Origin: Verrucomicrobiota bacterium
GTDB lineage: Bacteria > Verrucomicrobiota > Verrucomicrobiia > Limisphaerales > AAA164-E04
DNA: 64,000 nt
Direction of reading: 5' to 3'
Assembly (NCBI GenBank): GCA_047947115.1
Contig: CP170459.1
Span: 2,848,001 to 2,912,000, forward strand
A program made the translations under genes and the position numbers. The notes beneath the pieces are model-generated. The model had not been told where the DNA came from. It worked only from the letters and a program-made list of their open reading frames with translations, and made no database searches. Of the stretch, positions 18,183-27,706 are shown in pieces (the stretch's first letter is position 1; every line of letters starts with the position of its first letter).

Positions 18183-19595
18183 TTAACCCAGAATGGGCTT
18201 GAGGATTTCTCCATGCACGTCCGTCAGACGTCGATCCAGGCCATTGTGACGAAAGGTCAGTTTTGTGTGATCAATACCGAGAAGGTGTAACACTGTGGCA
18301 TGTAAATCATAACACCAGATGGGGGTTTCAGCTTTCCATGCCCATCGATCACTTTGGCCCATACTGGTTCCCGCTTGAACGCCGCCGCCCGCCAGCCAGG
18401 TGACGAAGGTGCCTCCATTGTGATCGCGTCCGGATTCGCCCTGTGTGAAGGGCATTCGGCCAAATTCTGTGGTCCAGATGACCAGTGTGTCCTCCAGAAG
18501 TCCGGTGGCCTTCAGGTCCTTCAGAAATCCGGCGATCGGAAGATCCACCTGGCGGGCGATCCAGGGAAGTTCTTTGTGAATGTTGGAGTGGTTGTCCCAA
18601 TTGTTGGAGGGACCACCGGCACCGCTCCAGATCTGGATGAACCGTACATCCCTTTCCAGCATGCGACGAGCCATCAGGCAGCGCGTGCCGAAATCCTTTG
18701 TTTCTTCCGCGTCCAGACCGTACAGCGTCTTAACCGCGCTCGTTTCCTTTGTAAGATCGAATAATTCCGGCGCCAACAACTGCAAGCGGGCGGCGTCTTC
18801 GTAGGATTGCATTCTGGATTCAAGGAGTTGATCTCCACCCAGGGATTGCAAATGGGCCGCGTTGAGTTTTTGCAGCAGGTTTAATCCATCCGATTCCCCT
18901 TCGGCCGTGATGCCCGATGCCGTTTCCGGCGGATGCAGGAACGGTATGGGAGTCTGGCTGGATGGTTGAATGACTGTACCTTGATGTTTGGCAGGGAGAA
19001 ATCCCGATGAAAAGTTGGCCAGGTTGTTGTAGGGCAGCCCTCGGGGATCAGGCATCACAACAAACTCCGGCAAGTTGCGATTGATCTTGCCCAAGGCATA
19101 ACTGACCCATGCGCCGACACAGGGGAATCCCGGCAGTGTGAACCCGGTGTTTTGCATGTAACTGGCGATGCCATGTACATTGCTGGGTGAATGCATGGAC
19201 ATGAGAAAAGCGAGTTCGTCCACCATGCTTCCTATGTGTGGAAACACTTCGCTGACCCATTGACCGCACTGGCCCCGTCGTTGGAATTCAAAGGGGCTGG
19301 CCATAACTTTGAATCCGGGGGAATTGGTCACGGACTCCACCAACTGACCTTCGCCCGGATCAAAACGTTCACCGTGTTGCGCTTTCAAGGTTGGCTTGTA
19401 ATCGAAGGTGTCCATCGGGCTGGTACCACCGTTCATGAACAGCTGGACCACACGTTTGGCTAGTGGTTTGTGGTGGGGGAATCGTGCGTGCGATGGTGTC
19501 GTATCCGCAAGTAATCCCTGCAGAGCCAAAGCTCCGAATCCGCCTCCTGTTTTCCAGAGGAACTCACGTCGATTGATCGAAAGGTTCTGTTTCAT
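18183..19595 (-). CDS. DUF1501 domain protein with twin-arginine-like leader
   Basis: INRREFL, LFMNGGTSPMDTFDYKP, WDNHSN, TEFGRMP, GRDHN, DLHATVLHLLGIDH. Confidence 0.9.
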   Translation of the reverse strand: MKQNLSINRREFLWKTGGGFGALALQGLLADTTPSHARFPHHKPLAKRVVQLFMNGGTSPMDTFDYKPTLKAQHGERFDPGEGQLVESVTNSPGFKVMASPFEFQRRGQCGQWVSEVFPHIGSMVDELAFLMSMHSPSNVHGIASYMQNTGFTLPGFPCVGAWVSYALGKINRNLPEFVVMPDPRGLPYNNLANFSSGFLPAKHQGTVIQPSSQTPIPFLHPPETASGITAEGESDGLNLLQKLNAAHLQSLGGDQLLESRMQSYEDAARLQLLAPELFDLTKETSAVKTLYGLDAEETKDFGTRCLMARRMLERDVRFIQIWSGAGGPSNNWDNHSNIHKELPWIARQVDLPIAGFLKDLKATGLLEDTLVIWTTEFGRMPFTQGESGRDHNGGTFVTWLAGGGVQAGTSMGQSDRWAWKAETPIWCYDLHATVLHLLGIDHTKLTFRHNGLDRRLTDVHGEILKPILG

Positions 19596-22315
19596 TCCAC
19601 AAACATGAAGGCATTGCTGTTGAAGAGAAACCGGCAGGCGTTGGCCAGTCCGTGTTTTTGTGCGTAACCAGTCACCGCATCGAGTTCTTCGGGTGTGGGC
19701 GTCCGTAACAGGGATAGTCGAAACCATGCGGTGATTTGTTCTTCGAGTTCTTGGCCGAAGTGCCTCATTTTTTGCGCCATACGTTGGGATCGGTGAATGA
19801 CCAGATCGTCATTCATGAGTGCCAAAGCCTGCAATGGTCCGACTGAAACTGCCCGTTTGGGTGTCCAGTTGGATGCATCCGGGCAATCCATGGATTGCAT
19901 GAAGGGGTCCGGCAGGGTTCTGAACAGAAAACGATAAATGCTGCGTCGGGCCAGGGACGGTGCGTCCGGCTTAATCCCCTCATAATCGATGATCGGCGTG
20001 ACATGAATTCCCGGTTCCATGGAGAACTGTTTGACGGACGGTCCTCCCATCAGGGGATCGAGATCATCCGAAAGAGCCAGTAAGGAATCCCGAAAGGCCT
20101 CGGCGTCGAGTCTTCTGGGGGACATGCGCCAATAGAGCTGATTCAAGGCGTCGATTTGAGCTGCATTGGTTCGGTAAGTGGCGCTTTGGCGGTAGGTGCG
20201 ACTGTTTAAAATGATCCGGTGCAGGTGCTTCAAGGATCCTCCGGAATCCCGAAGTTCGCACGCCAACCAATCCAGAAGATCCGGATGTGTCGGAGATTGA
20301 CCGCTGTTGCCGAGATCATTGGGAGTGCCCGCCAGAGGGGATCCAAAGTGGTGCTGCCAGACTCGGTTGGCCATGGTGCGCCAGAACAATCCATTTTCCC
20401 GATGGCTGATCCATTCTCCCAAAACCAACCGCCTTTGACTTTCATTGTTGAGGTCGCGGTTGTTTGGATTCCATGGAACGTGGGTGAACTGAGTCAGTGC
20501 GCCCGGTGCCATGATTTCCTTCGGGGAATGGATGCTGCCGCGGGCCAAGCGATGGATGTTACGCGGACCAAGCGCGGGTTTGAAATTGCCTGCCTGCTGA
20601 AAAAAACTGGTGGCGGCATACACCTGGCGGGCAGGGGGAAGAGACTCCAACTGCCGGTCCCAATGTTCCATGGTGGCATGGCGCGACAAGGTCAGTTGTT
20701 GTTCGGACGTTCGTTCGATTGCGGCTGTTTCAAAGGCTGATTGCAAAGATGCTTCCAAAAAGGGGTGCGTGTCCTTGGGGGAAACATCGGTAACCGATAC
20801 GCGGCAGCGTCCCACCCATTGATGGTCCCCGTGTTGATGAATCAATTCCATTCGGATTAGGTCATTTTTCCTGATGGATGTTTCGGGGGGCAATTCGAAA
20901 TAACACCGATGAGTTTGCCCCGTTTGCGGAAGGATACCCCAGGTGGTTTGTTCATCATCATCAATGAGGTACCGCACCGAGGTTGTGTGTTCACTGAAAT
21001 CGTTTTGTGGATTGGAAAGTTTGACGGGCGTCCATGATTCGCCGTCATCAGACCGTTTGAAGACCTTGAATTCACTCAAGCGAAAATTGCCATCCGTTGC
21101 CCAGCCGGGACCGGATGCCGGCAGGCGGTCGTCGGGAAATACTTCCAATTGAATGGCGGTTGGATGGTTGTATGGGGATGCGAATGTCCAGGCTTGTTTC
21201 CCGTTGGGTGAGGCAGGTTTTGGGAAAAAGATGGATCGATCCGACCTCTGGAATTCTCCGACGCTGGCTGAATCGCCTTCGAACTCGGGTTGGCCCGCTT
21301 GCCAGGAGTCGAGCACTCTTTGGCGTGAGGACGTCCAGGACGTGACACGCTGAAGCGAGGTTTCATTGAGTAGTTCGGAGTCGGGATAACGGCCTGCCAG
21401 GAGTTCGGTTTTCAAGTGCAGCAATCGCTGGCGTTTTTGGTGGGTGTCAGCGTTTTGATCGTAAGGACGGTTGTTGCGGTCCACCCCGGCAAAGACCGCC
21501 TGCAGGGAGTAATAGTCGGATGCGCTGATCGGATCAAATTTGTGGTCATGACATCGCGCGCAGTGAACGGTCAGGCCCAGAAAACTCGACATGGTCGTGG
21601 TGATCATGTCATCCCGGTCAAGGTATTGGGCGACCAGCTTGTCGATGGTGCCATCCAGAATCCCCATCTGTGAACTTTCATCCCATGGACCCGCCGCCAG
21701 AAAACCGGTTCCCACCAAGGCGTCGGGATGGGCGGGTTGAATTGCGTCTCCTGCAATTTGTTCAATGGCAAACGTGGCATAAGGCTTGTCCTCATTGAAT
21801 GAACGAATGAGGTAGTCCCGATAAGGCCAGGCATGTTCGCGTGGGGCATCTTCGTCGTGACCGTGAGTTTCGGCAAAATGGATCAGGTCCATCCAATGAC
21901 GCGCCCAGCGTTCGCCGTAGTGCGGGCTCGATAAAAGCCGATCCACGAGGAGGGGCCATTCTTTTTCGAATTGAGTGCTTTTTATGGATTCCAGATCCTC
22001 GAGGTTTGGTGGGAGCCCCCACACGTCGATGAAGACACGGCGCAGGAGTTGGGATTTGCTGGCCGATGGGGATGGTTCGAGGTTGTTTTCAATCAGTTTA
22101 CGTGTGACGAAGCGATCCACAGGATTGATTTCCCAACCCGGTAAGATCGGCGCCGGCAGTTCGGGAGGAACCAACGGCCGCATTGCCCATGACAACGGGG
22201 GCGTTTCTTCCGTCCTGACTTTGCTTGCCGGCAAAAAACCGAAAGAGAGCAACAGAGCGATCAAAGGGCATATGGATCGACCAAATTTCATTTGTTGGAT
22301 GTGGGATAGTATCAT
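19592..22315 (-). CDS. DUF1549/DUF1553 (PSD1) domain protein with an inserted beta-sandwich region
   Basis: YGERWARHWMDL, CARCHDHKFDPI, ANRVWQHHFG, PTHPDLLDWLA, RRLDAEAFRD. Confidence 0.9.
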   Translation of the reverse strand: MILSHIQQMKFGRSICPLIALLLSFGFLPASKVRTEETPPLSWAMRPLVPPELPAPILPGWEINPVDRFVTRKLIENNLEPSPSASKSQLLRRVFIDVWGLPPNLEDLESIKSTQFEKEWPLLVDRLLSSPHYGERWARHWMDLIHFAETHGHDEDAPREHAWPYRDYLIRSFNEDKPYATFAIEQIAGDAIQPAHPDALVGTGFLAAGPWDESSQMGILDGTIDKLVAQYLDRDDMITTTMSSFLGLTVHCARCHDHKFDPISASDYYSLQAVFAGVDRNNRPYDQNADTHQKRQRLLHLKTELLAGRYPDSELLNETSLQRVTSWTSSRQRVLDSWQAGQPEFEGDSASVGEFQRSDRSIFFPKPASPNGKQAWTFASPYNHPTAIQLEVFPDDRLPASGPGWATDGNFRLSEFKVFKRSDDGESWTPVKLSNPQNDFSEHTTSVRYLIDDDEQTTWGILPQTGQTHRCYFELPPETSIRKNDLIRMELIHQHGDHQWVGRCRVSVTDVSPKDTHPFLEASLQSAFETAAIERTSEQQLTLSRHATMEHWDRQLESLPPARQVYAATSFFQQAGNFKPALGPRNIHRLARGSIHSPKEIMAPGALTQFTHVPWNPNNRDLNNESQRRLVLGEWISHRENGLFWRTMANRVWQHHFGSPLAGTPNDLGNSGQSPTHPDLLDWLACELRDSGGSLKHLHRIILNSRTYRQSATYRTNAAQIDALNQLYWRMSPRRLDAEAFRDSLLALSDDLDPLMGGPSVKQFSMEPGIHVTPIIDYEGIKPDAPSLARRSIYRFLFRTLPDPFMQSMDCPDASNWTPKRAVSVGPLQALALMNDDLVIHRSQRMAQKMRHFGQELEEQITAWFRLSLLRTPTPEELDAVTGYAQKHGLANACRFLFNSNAFMFVE

Positions 22316-22698
22316 TCATGGAGGTTTCAAAGGCAAGATCAGAAGACTTGTTCGAAAGGGGGGGATTTGGGGGATCAAAGTGTCTGTGACACTTTCGCTA
22401 TCAAGAAAACAGCGACAGCCGCTGACCTTCGCCATAGATTCCCTGTGATTTCACATTGGTTCATTGCTGCTGTGGAAGTGACGATTACCAAAAGGGGGAA
22501 ACCATTTGCAACGACCTGGACTGCACTGGGAGTTGGGTGCGACCATTTCCGACTGACCCTAAGCGGCCGGCTTTTTTGGTATCCAGCCTTGGTTTGAAAA
22601 CACGAATCTCCCGGGCTCCCGTGTTTCTGATCCTGATTTATGTTGCAAGGCTATGGCTTTGTGACAGAACTTATCTACAAGATATTTTTAAAAGAGCA

Positions 22699-23922
22699 AT
22701 GACGGATCCAACGACAGTGCAGAATGACTCCGTGTTCGATTCCATTGATTCCATTCTTGAATCCATTCGGGAAGGAAAGATGGTCATCGTGGTGGATGAT
22801 GAGAGTCGCGAAAACGAGGGTGACCTCATCATGGCCGGCCAATGGGTGACACCTGAGGCGGTCACTTTCATGGCCAAACTGGGCGGTGGCCTGATTTGTG
22901 TGCCGACGACCGAGGAGCGTCTGCGGCAGCTGGGGATATCGGAGATGGTCCCGGACAACCGGGATTCCTTCCGGACAGATTTTCAGGTCAGCGTGGATGC
23001 AGCGGAAGGCATCACGACCGGAATCAGTGGAGCCGATCGCGCCAAAACAGTCCGAATCATGTCCGATCCTCGCAGCACGGCCAGTGATCTTGTCCAGCCC
23101 GGGCATATTTTCCCTCTTCGAGCGAAATGTGGTGGGGTGCTGCAGCGTGCGGGGCATACCGAGGCGGCGGTTGATTTGGCCAGGATGGCAGGATGCCGGC
23201 CGATCGCCATGATTTGTGAGATCATGAATGATGACGGGACCATGGCACGATTGCCGGACCTGCTCAAGTTTGCGAAAAAGCACGAGCTCAGGATTTGTAG
23301 TATTGCGGGGCTGATCGAGCATCGGCGGCGGCGCGAGAAATTGGTGGAACATCAGGAAGTTATTCAGATGCCGACCGATTACGGAGATTTTCAATTGCAT
23401 TTATATCAATCCAAGACGGATGGACAACATCATGTTGCTCTGGTTAAAGGAGACGTTGCCAAGCAGGAAAGAGTCTTGGTACGCGTGCACAGCGAGTGTT
23501 TGACAGGGGATGTGTTTGGTTCTCGGCGTTGTGACTGCGGTCCACAGTTGCAAAAGGCCATGCAAAGGATCGATGAGGAAGGCTGCGGCGTGGTTTTGTA
23601 TATGCGACAAGAGGGGAGAGGAATTGGGTTGGCACCCAAGATCAAGGCATACAAACTTCAGGAAGATGGATTGGATACCGTTGAGGCGAATTTGAAGCTC
23701 GGATTCGGGATGGATTTGCGTGAGTATGGGATTGGGGCCCAGATCCTGGCCGATTTGGGGTTGAAAAGCATTCGGTTATTGACGAATAACCCCAAGAAAA
23801 TTGTTGGATTGGAAGGGTATGGGCTGGAAGTGGTGGAGCAGCTACCCATTGCGGTCGAGCCCAATCCGCATAATCAGAATTATCTCGAGACCAAGAAATC
23901 CAAAATGGGGCATTTGCTGTAG
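22699..23922 (+). CDS. ribBA: Bifunctional DHBP synthase / GTP cyclohydrolase II
   Basis: [55 protein letters not shown]. Confidence 0.96.
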   Translation: MTDPTTVQNDSVFDSIDSILESIREGKMVIVVDDESRENEGDLIMAGQWVTPEAVTFMAKLGGGLICVPTTEERLRQLGISEMVPDNRDSFRTDFQVSVDAAEGITTGISGADRAKTVRIMSDPRSTASDLVQPGHIFPLRAKCGGVLQRAGHTEAAVDLARMAGCRPIAMICEIMNDDGTMARLPDLLKFAKKHELRICSIAGLIEHRRRREKLVEHQEVIQMPTDYGDFQLHLYQSKTDGQHHVALVKGDVAKQERVLVRVHSECLTGDVFGSRRCDCGPQLQKAMQRIDEEGCGVVLYMRQEGRGIGLAPKIKAYKLQEDGLDTVEANLKLGFGMDLREYGIGAQILADLGLKSIRLLTNNPKKIVGLEGYGLEVVEQLPIAVEPNPHNQNYLETKKSKMGHLL

Positions 23923-23986
23923 CCGAAATCTGCCGATAAGAAGAATGAAAGAGAGACTCAGCCGAGTTGTTAAATGATCAAATCGC

Positions 23987-24475
23987 ATGCTAAAAGAGAT
24001 TAAAATCCACAACGTGATCGCATCCAAGCTGCCGATTGCAGTCGTGGCGGCCAAATACAATGGCACATTTGTTCAGGGCTTGCTGGATGGGGTGGCGGAA
24101 ACCTTTAATCGCGTGGGGATGGAGGAAGATGAAATCGTGACGATTCGTGTTCCCGGCGCGTTTGAAATTCCCGTCATGGCCGCCAAGTTGGCCAAAAGCC
24201 ACACCAGGAATTTCGGAGCCATTATTTGTCTTGGGGTGGTGGTGCAGGGACAGACCGAGCACGCCCGCTTGATCACCGAAGCCGTCACCTATGAGCTGGC
24301 TCGTTTGCAAACCGAACATGGTGTGCCGATTGTACATGAAGTGTTGCTGGTTCAAAACGAGGAGCAAGCACGGGCCAGATGCCTGGAAGCCAGGCACAAT
24401 CGGGGGAGTGAAGCGGCTCAGACTGCCTTGGAAATGGCTGAGTTGGTTCAGGAGTTTGATAAACGTTATGCATAA
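23987..24475 (+). CDS. ribH: 6,7-dimethyl-8-ribityllumazine synthase
   Basis: VPGAFEIP, ICLGVVVQGQTEH, NRGSEAA. Follows ribBA. Confidence 0.93.
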   Translation: MLKEIKIHNVIASKLPIAVVAAKYNGTFVQGLLDGVAETFNRVGMEEDEIVTIRVPGAFEIPVMAAKLAKSHTRNFGAIICLGVVVQGQTEHARLITEAVTYELARLQTEHGVPIVHEVLLVQNEEQARARCLEARHNRGSEAAQTALEMAELVQEFDKRYA

Positions 24476-24563
24476 GTAAATTTAATGCATAACAAGCTTG
24501 TCTTCTTTTTTACTTATTGAATAATGGTAAGGTCGACACAGTCAAATGGCTTGTGTGGGTGCT

Positions 24564-24581
24564 TTGTGAAAAATTTCACAA
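24564..24581. promoter_or_regulatory. Rex-type operator
   Basis: TTGTGAA-AAAT-TTCACAA is an exact match to the Rex consensus TTGTGAANNNNTTCACAA, 76 bp upstream of the oxidase cluster. Confidence 0.75.
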
Positions 24582-24586
24582 ATGGC

Positions 24587-24614
24587 TTGCACCTGCATTT
24601 GACAGTGATAAAGT
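24587..24614 (+). promoter_or_regulatory. Candidate sigma70 promoter
   Basis: TTGCAC-N16-TAAAGT with a TG extended -10, immediately downstream of the palindrome. Confidence 0.4.
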
Positions 24615-24657
24615 CTGTCGCAACTGGAAATAAATCTTAACGAAGATACGTCTACTT

Positions 24658-25368
24658 ATGATCAATAAAGTTACTGTGTTCGCCAGTCTGGCGTTGGTAT
24701 TGGGACTTCATTCTGCCTTGGGTGGAGACATTACCGGAAAAGTCACCCTCAAGGGAGCGCCTCCCGCTGAGGTCAACCTGCCTTTTGATGCGCTTTGCAA
24801 AAGGACTGTCAAACCAGGAGTTACCCCTACAACCCGTTTTTATGCTGCCGATGCTAGCGGTGGTCTTGCAGATGTGTTTGTTTACCTGAAGAAGGCACCC
24901 GCTACACCGACTCCTTCGGAAGCTGCTGTTCTGGATCAGGTTTCCTGTGAATATTCTCCTTATGTGGTCGGTGCACAGGTGGGGCAGACCATTTTGGTTA
25001 AGAACTCCGACCCAGTGCTCCACAATGTTCACCCGACCCCCAAAGTGTCTGGGAACAAGGAGCACAACAAAGCCCAACTGCCCAAGGGGCCTGCTCTGAG
25101 CTTTTCCTGGGATAATCCTGAATTATTCCTTCGCTTCAAGTGCGACGTTCATCCATGGATGTTTGCTTATGTTGGACTGGTTGAGCACTCCTACTTTGCT
25201 GTGACCAAGGAAGATGGAACGTTTACCATCAAGAATGTTCCTGCTGGTGATTATGAAATCGAAGCTGTGCACCGCAAAACCCACACCAATGGCAAGGGTA
25301 TTGTGTCCAAAGTCACCGTTGGCGCCGATGGCGGACAAGCTGATTTTGTAGTCGATATCAGCAAATAA
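24658..25368 (+). CDS. Secreted cupredoxin-like protein with carboxypeptidase-regulatory-like domain
   Basis: Signal peptide, ITGKV, LHNVH...CDVHPWM putative type-1 Cu ligands, DGTFTIKNVPAGDY. Confidence 0.75.
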   Translation: MINKVTVFASLALVLGLHSALGGDITGKVTLKGAPPAEVNLPFDALCKRTVKPGVTPTTRFYAADASGGLADVFVYLKKAPATPTPSEAAVLDQVSCEYSPYVVGAQVGQTILVKNSDPVLHNVHPTPKVSGNKEHNKAQLPKGPALSFSWDNPELFLRFKCDVHPWMFAYVGLVEHSYFAVTKEDGTFTIKNVPAGDYEIEAVHRKTHTNGKGIVSKVTVGADGGQADFVVDISK

Positions 25369-25389
25369 TTCAAATTTCGATCGAAAGTA

Positions 25390-25417
25390 TCCGCTGGCAG
25401 GCCCGCTTGTCAGCGGA
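25390..25417 (+). terminator. Intercistronic hairpin (partial terminator or mRNA stabiliser)
   Basis: TCCGCTGGCAGG-CCCG-CTTGTCAGCGGA followed by CTTCCTTTT. Confidence 0.5.
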
Positions 25418-25453
25418 CTTCCTTTTCAGTCACTCCCTTTTTGATACATCGAA

Positions 25454-26695
25454 TTGAACCATCCACTTCCATCAACGAGTTTTCGCCTGTTTGCGTTTGC
25501 CACATGCCTGCTGACTTGGTTTCTAATCGGGGTGGGGGGAGTGGTGACGAGTCATGGAGTGGGTATGGCCGTGCCTGATTGGCCCAATACCTACGGTTAC
25601 AACATGTTTTATTTCCCTTTTTCCCAATGGGTCGGGGGAATATTCTGGGAACATTCCCACAGACTTGTTGCTTCTCTTGTAGGATTGATGACTCTGATTC
25701 TGACCATTTGGTCACAAGGGGTGGGGGGGCGAAAGTTGTTGCGTTATGTTCTTTTTCCTTTGGCTCTGTTGGTCAGCTGTTTGATCATGGTTCGAGTTGA
25801 GCAGAATGCGATGCAGCATATTTCAATCACAGGTGGCGTGGCAATGGTCTCTTTGGTTTGCTCTTTTTTCTGGCCACGCATGCCGGCTGCCAGTCCCCTT
25901 GTGAGAAGATTGTGTTGGCTGGCTTTGTTGTTGGTGATTGTGCAGGGATTGCTGGGCGGGTTGAGGGTGACTCTCTACAAGGATGAGATCGGAATTTTTC
26001 ACGCCACACTTGCTCAGTTGTTTCTGGTATTGATGGTGGTATTGGCTTTTTCCAGCAGTCGTGCCTGGTCAAATTGGAAGCAGGTTTCCAATGAAGCACT
26101 CGCACCAGCCAGGTTGTTTTCATGGTTGATGTGCTTTTGTTGTGTGCTCACGGTCGCCCAGTTGGCATTGGGGGCTTTTATGCGTCATGAGCATGCCGGG
26201 TTGGCTGTGACCGGGTTTCCGCTGGCTTATGATTCGCATTTGTGGCCTCCCATCAGCGCTGAATTTGTGGATCAATTGAACGTCCAGCGTATTGATCACC
26301 GAGAATTTGATCCGATCACTGTTTTGCACGTGAAGGTTCATATGTTTCACCGGCTGATGGCCCTGATTTTGTTCCTGAGTGGTGTTTCGATGGTCATTTG
26401 GTCTTATAAGCGTTTTGGTAGTCGGCATCCATTGTCGAAACTCTGTACTGTTTGGTTTGGTTTGTTGTGTTTGCAGGTGCTCTTGGGGGCGGCAACGGTC
26501 TGGAGCAACAAGGCCGCTGACATTGCTACCGTACATGTGCTCATCGGGGCATTGACCCTGGCGCACGGTTCTTTTATGGTCCTCGCCGCTCGAAGGTCTG
26601 TTTACCTGGCTGTGCAAGCAGCTGAGAGGGACACTTTGGACCGGGTGTCGCATGAAGGATTGAATCAAGTTGGAATATCCTCGGCGAGTTTATGA
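25454..26695 (+). CDS. ctaA: Heme A synthase (COX15/CtaA)
   Basis: GGVVTSHGVGMAVPDWP, WEHSHR, QGLLGG, IFHA, HMFHR, TVHV. Start uncertain. Confidence 0.9.
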   Translation: MNHPLPSTSFRLFAFATCLLTWFLIGVGGVVTSHGVGMAVPDWPNTYGYNMFYFPFSQWVGGIFWEHSHRLVASLVGLMTLILTIWSQGVGGRKLLRYVLFPLALLVSCLIMVRVEQNAMQHISITGGVAMVSLVCSFFWPRMPAASPLVRRLCWLALLLVIVQGLLGGLRVTLYKDEIGIFHATLAQLFLVLMVVLAFSSSRAWSNWKQVSNEALAPARLFSWLMCFCCVLTVAQLALGAFMRHEHAGLAVTGFPLAYDSHLWPPISAEFVDQLNVQRIDHREFDPITVLHVKVHMFHRLMALILFLSGVSMVIWSYKRFGSRHPLSKLCTVWFGLLCLQVLLGAATVWSNKAADIATVHVLIGALTLAHGSFMVLAARRSVYLAVQAAERDTLDRVSHEGLNQVGISSASL

Positions 26696-27597
26696 AAACC
26701 AACACAGAAACCATGGAAACTGAGTCATTGCCCATACGGTCGGCCTGGAACGTGTTTGCCGATCTGGTGAAGGCGAGGTTAACGGCGTTGGTGCTTTTAA
26801 CCACCTTGGCGGGTTTCTATCTGGCATCTCCGCAGGGAATGCATTTGACATTGTTGGTGAACACCCTGATAGGCACCGGCTTGCTGGCCTGTGGTGCTTC
26901 GGTCTTGAATCAATATCTTGAGCGGGGTCATGACGCCAACATGCCGCGTACCGAACGCAGGCCACTACCCGCCGGTCTGATCCAGCCCGAAAGGGCTTTA
27001 TGGTTTGGGGTGGCACTTTCGCTGGCCGGGGGGCTTTACACCTTTTTTTGTGTGAATGTTTTGACCAGTGTGCTGGGTGTGCTGACGACCGGACTTTACA
27101 TCTTTGTTTACACGCCGCTCAAGCGGATGACTAGTTGGAACACACTGGTGGGTGCTATTCCCGGTGCCCTGCCGCCTCTGATGGGGTGGACGGCGGCGAG
27201 AAGTTCGCTGGATACGGGTGGATGGGCTTTGTTTTTGATTTTGTTTCTGTGGCAGCTACCGCATTTCCTGGCGATCGCCTGGATGTATAAGGACGAATAT
27301 GAAGCTGCTGGTTATGTGATGTTGCCGAGTGTGGATCGATCGGGCAAGAAGACGGCAAATCACGCCCTGTTTTATTCAGTGATTCTGGTTCCAGTCAGTT
27401 TGGCACCTATGATTTATAACGTCTCTGGGAACCTTTATGCGGTCGGTGCGACCCTGCTTGGATTTGGGTTTGTTTGGCAGGCTTTGAAATTTTCCTGGGC
27501 TTTGGATCGATCTAGGGCTCGACAATTGTTTTTTTATTCGATTATTTATTTGCCTCTGCTTTTGCTGCTGATGACGTTTGACAAGGCTGGCGGATAA
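26692..27597 (+). CDS. ctaB: Protoheme IX farnesyltransferase (heme O synthase)
   Basis: NQYLERGHDANMPRTERRPLPAG, YTPLKR, GALPPLMGW, WQLPHF. Confidence 0.95.
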   Translation: MKTNTETMETESLPIRSAWNVFADLVKARLTALVLLTTLAGFYLASPQGMHLTLLVNTLIGTGLLACGASVLNQYLERGHDANMPRTERRPLPAGLIQPERALWFGVALSLAGGLYTFFCVNVLTSVLGVLTTGLYIFVYTPLKRMTSWNTLVGAIPGALPPLMGWTAARSSLDTGGWALFLILFLWQLPHFLAIAWMYKDEYEAAGYVMLPSVDRSGKKTANHALFYSVILVPVSLAPMIYNVSGNLYAVGATLLGFGFVWQALKFSWALDRSRARQLFFYSIIYLPLLLLLMTFDKAGG

Positions 27598-27706
27598 TTC
27601 CAAAGCGGATAAACGACTTAAGGGCTGCCTCCAGACTGCTTGTCTGTGCTAGAGCTAAGGGGAAGTCCCATTGAATTTAACCAAAAAGATTAAAACTAAA
27701 ACGAAT

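Noticed and set aside
22316..22698. FMN riboswitch upstream of ribBA
   Set aside because: RFN core motifs were not found by eye on either strand.
24465..24493. Inverted repeat GTTATGCAT-N11-ATGCATAAC over the ribH stop
   Set aside because: It is AT-rich and weak; at most a poor terminator.
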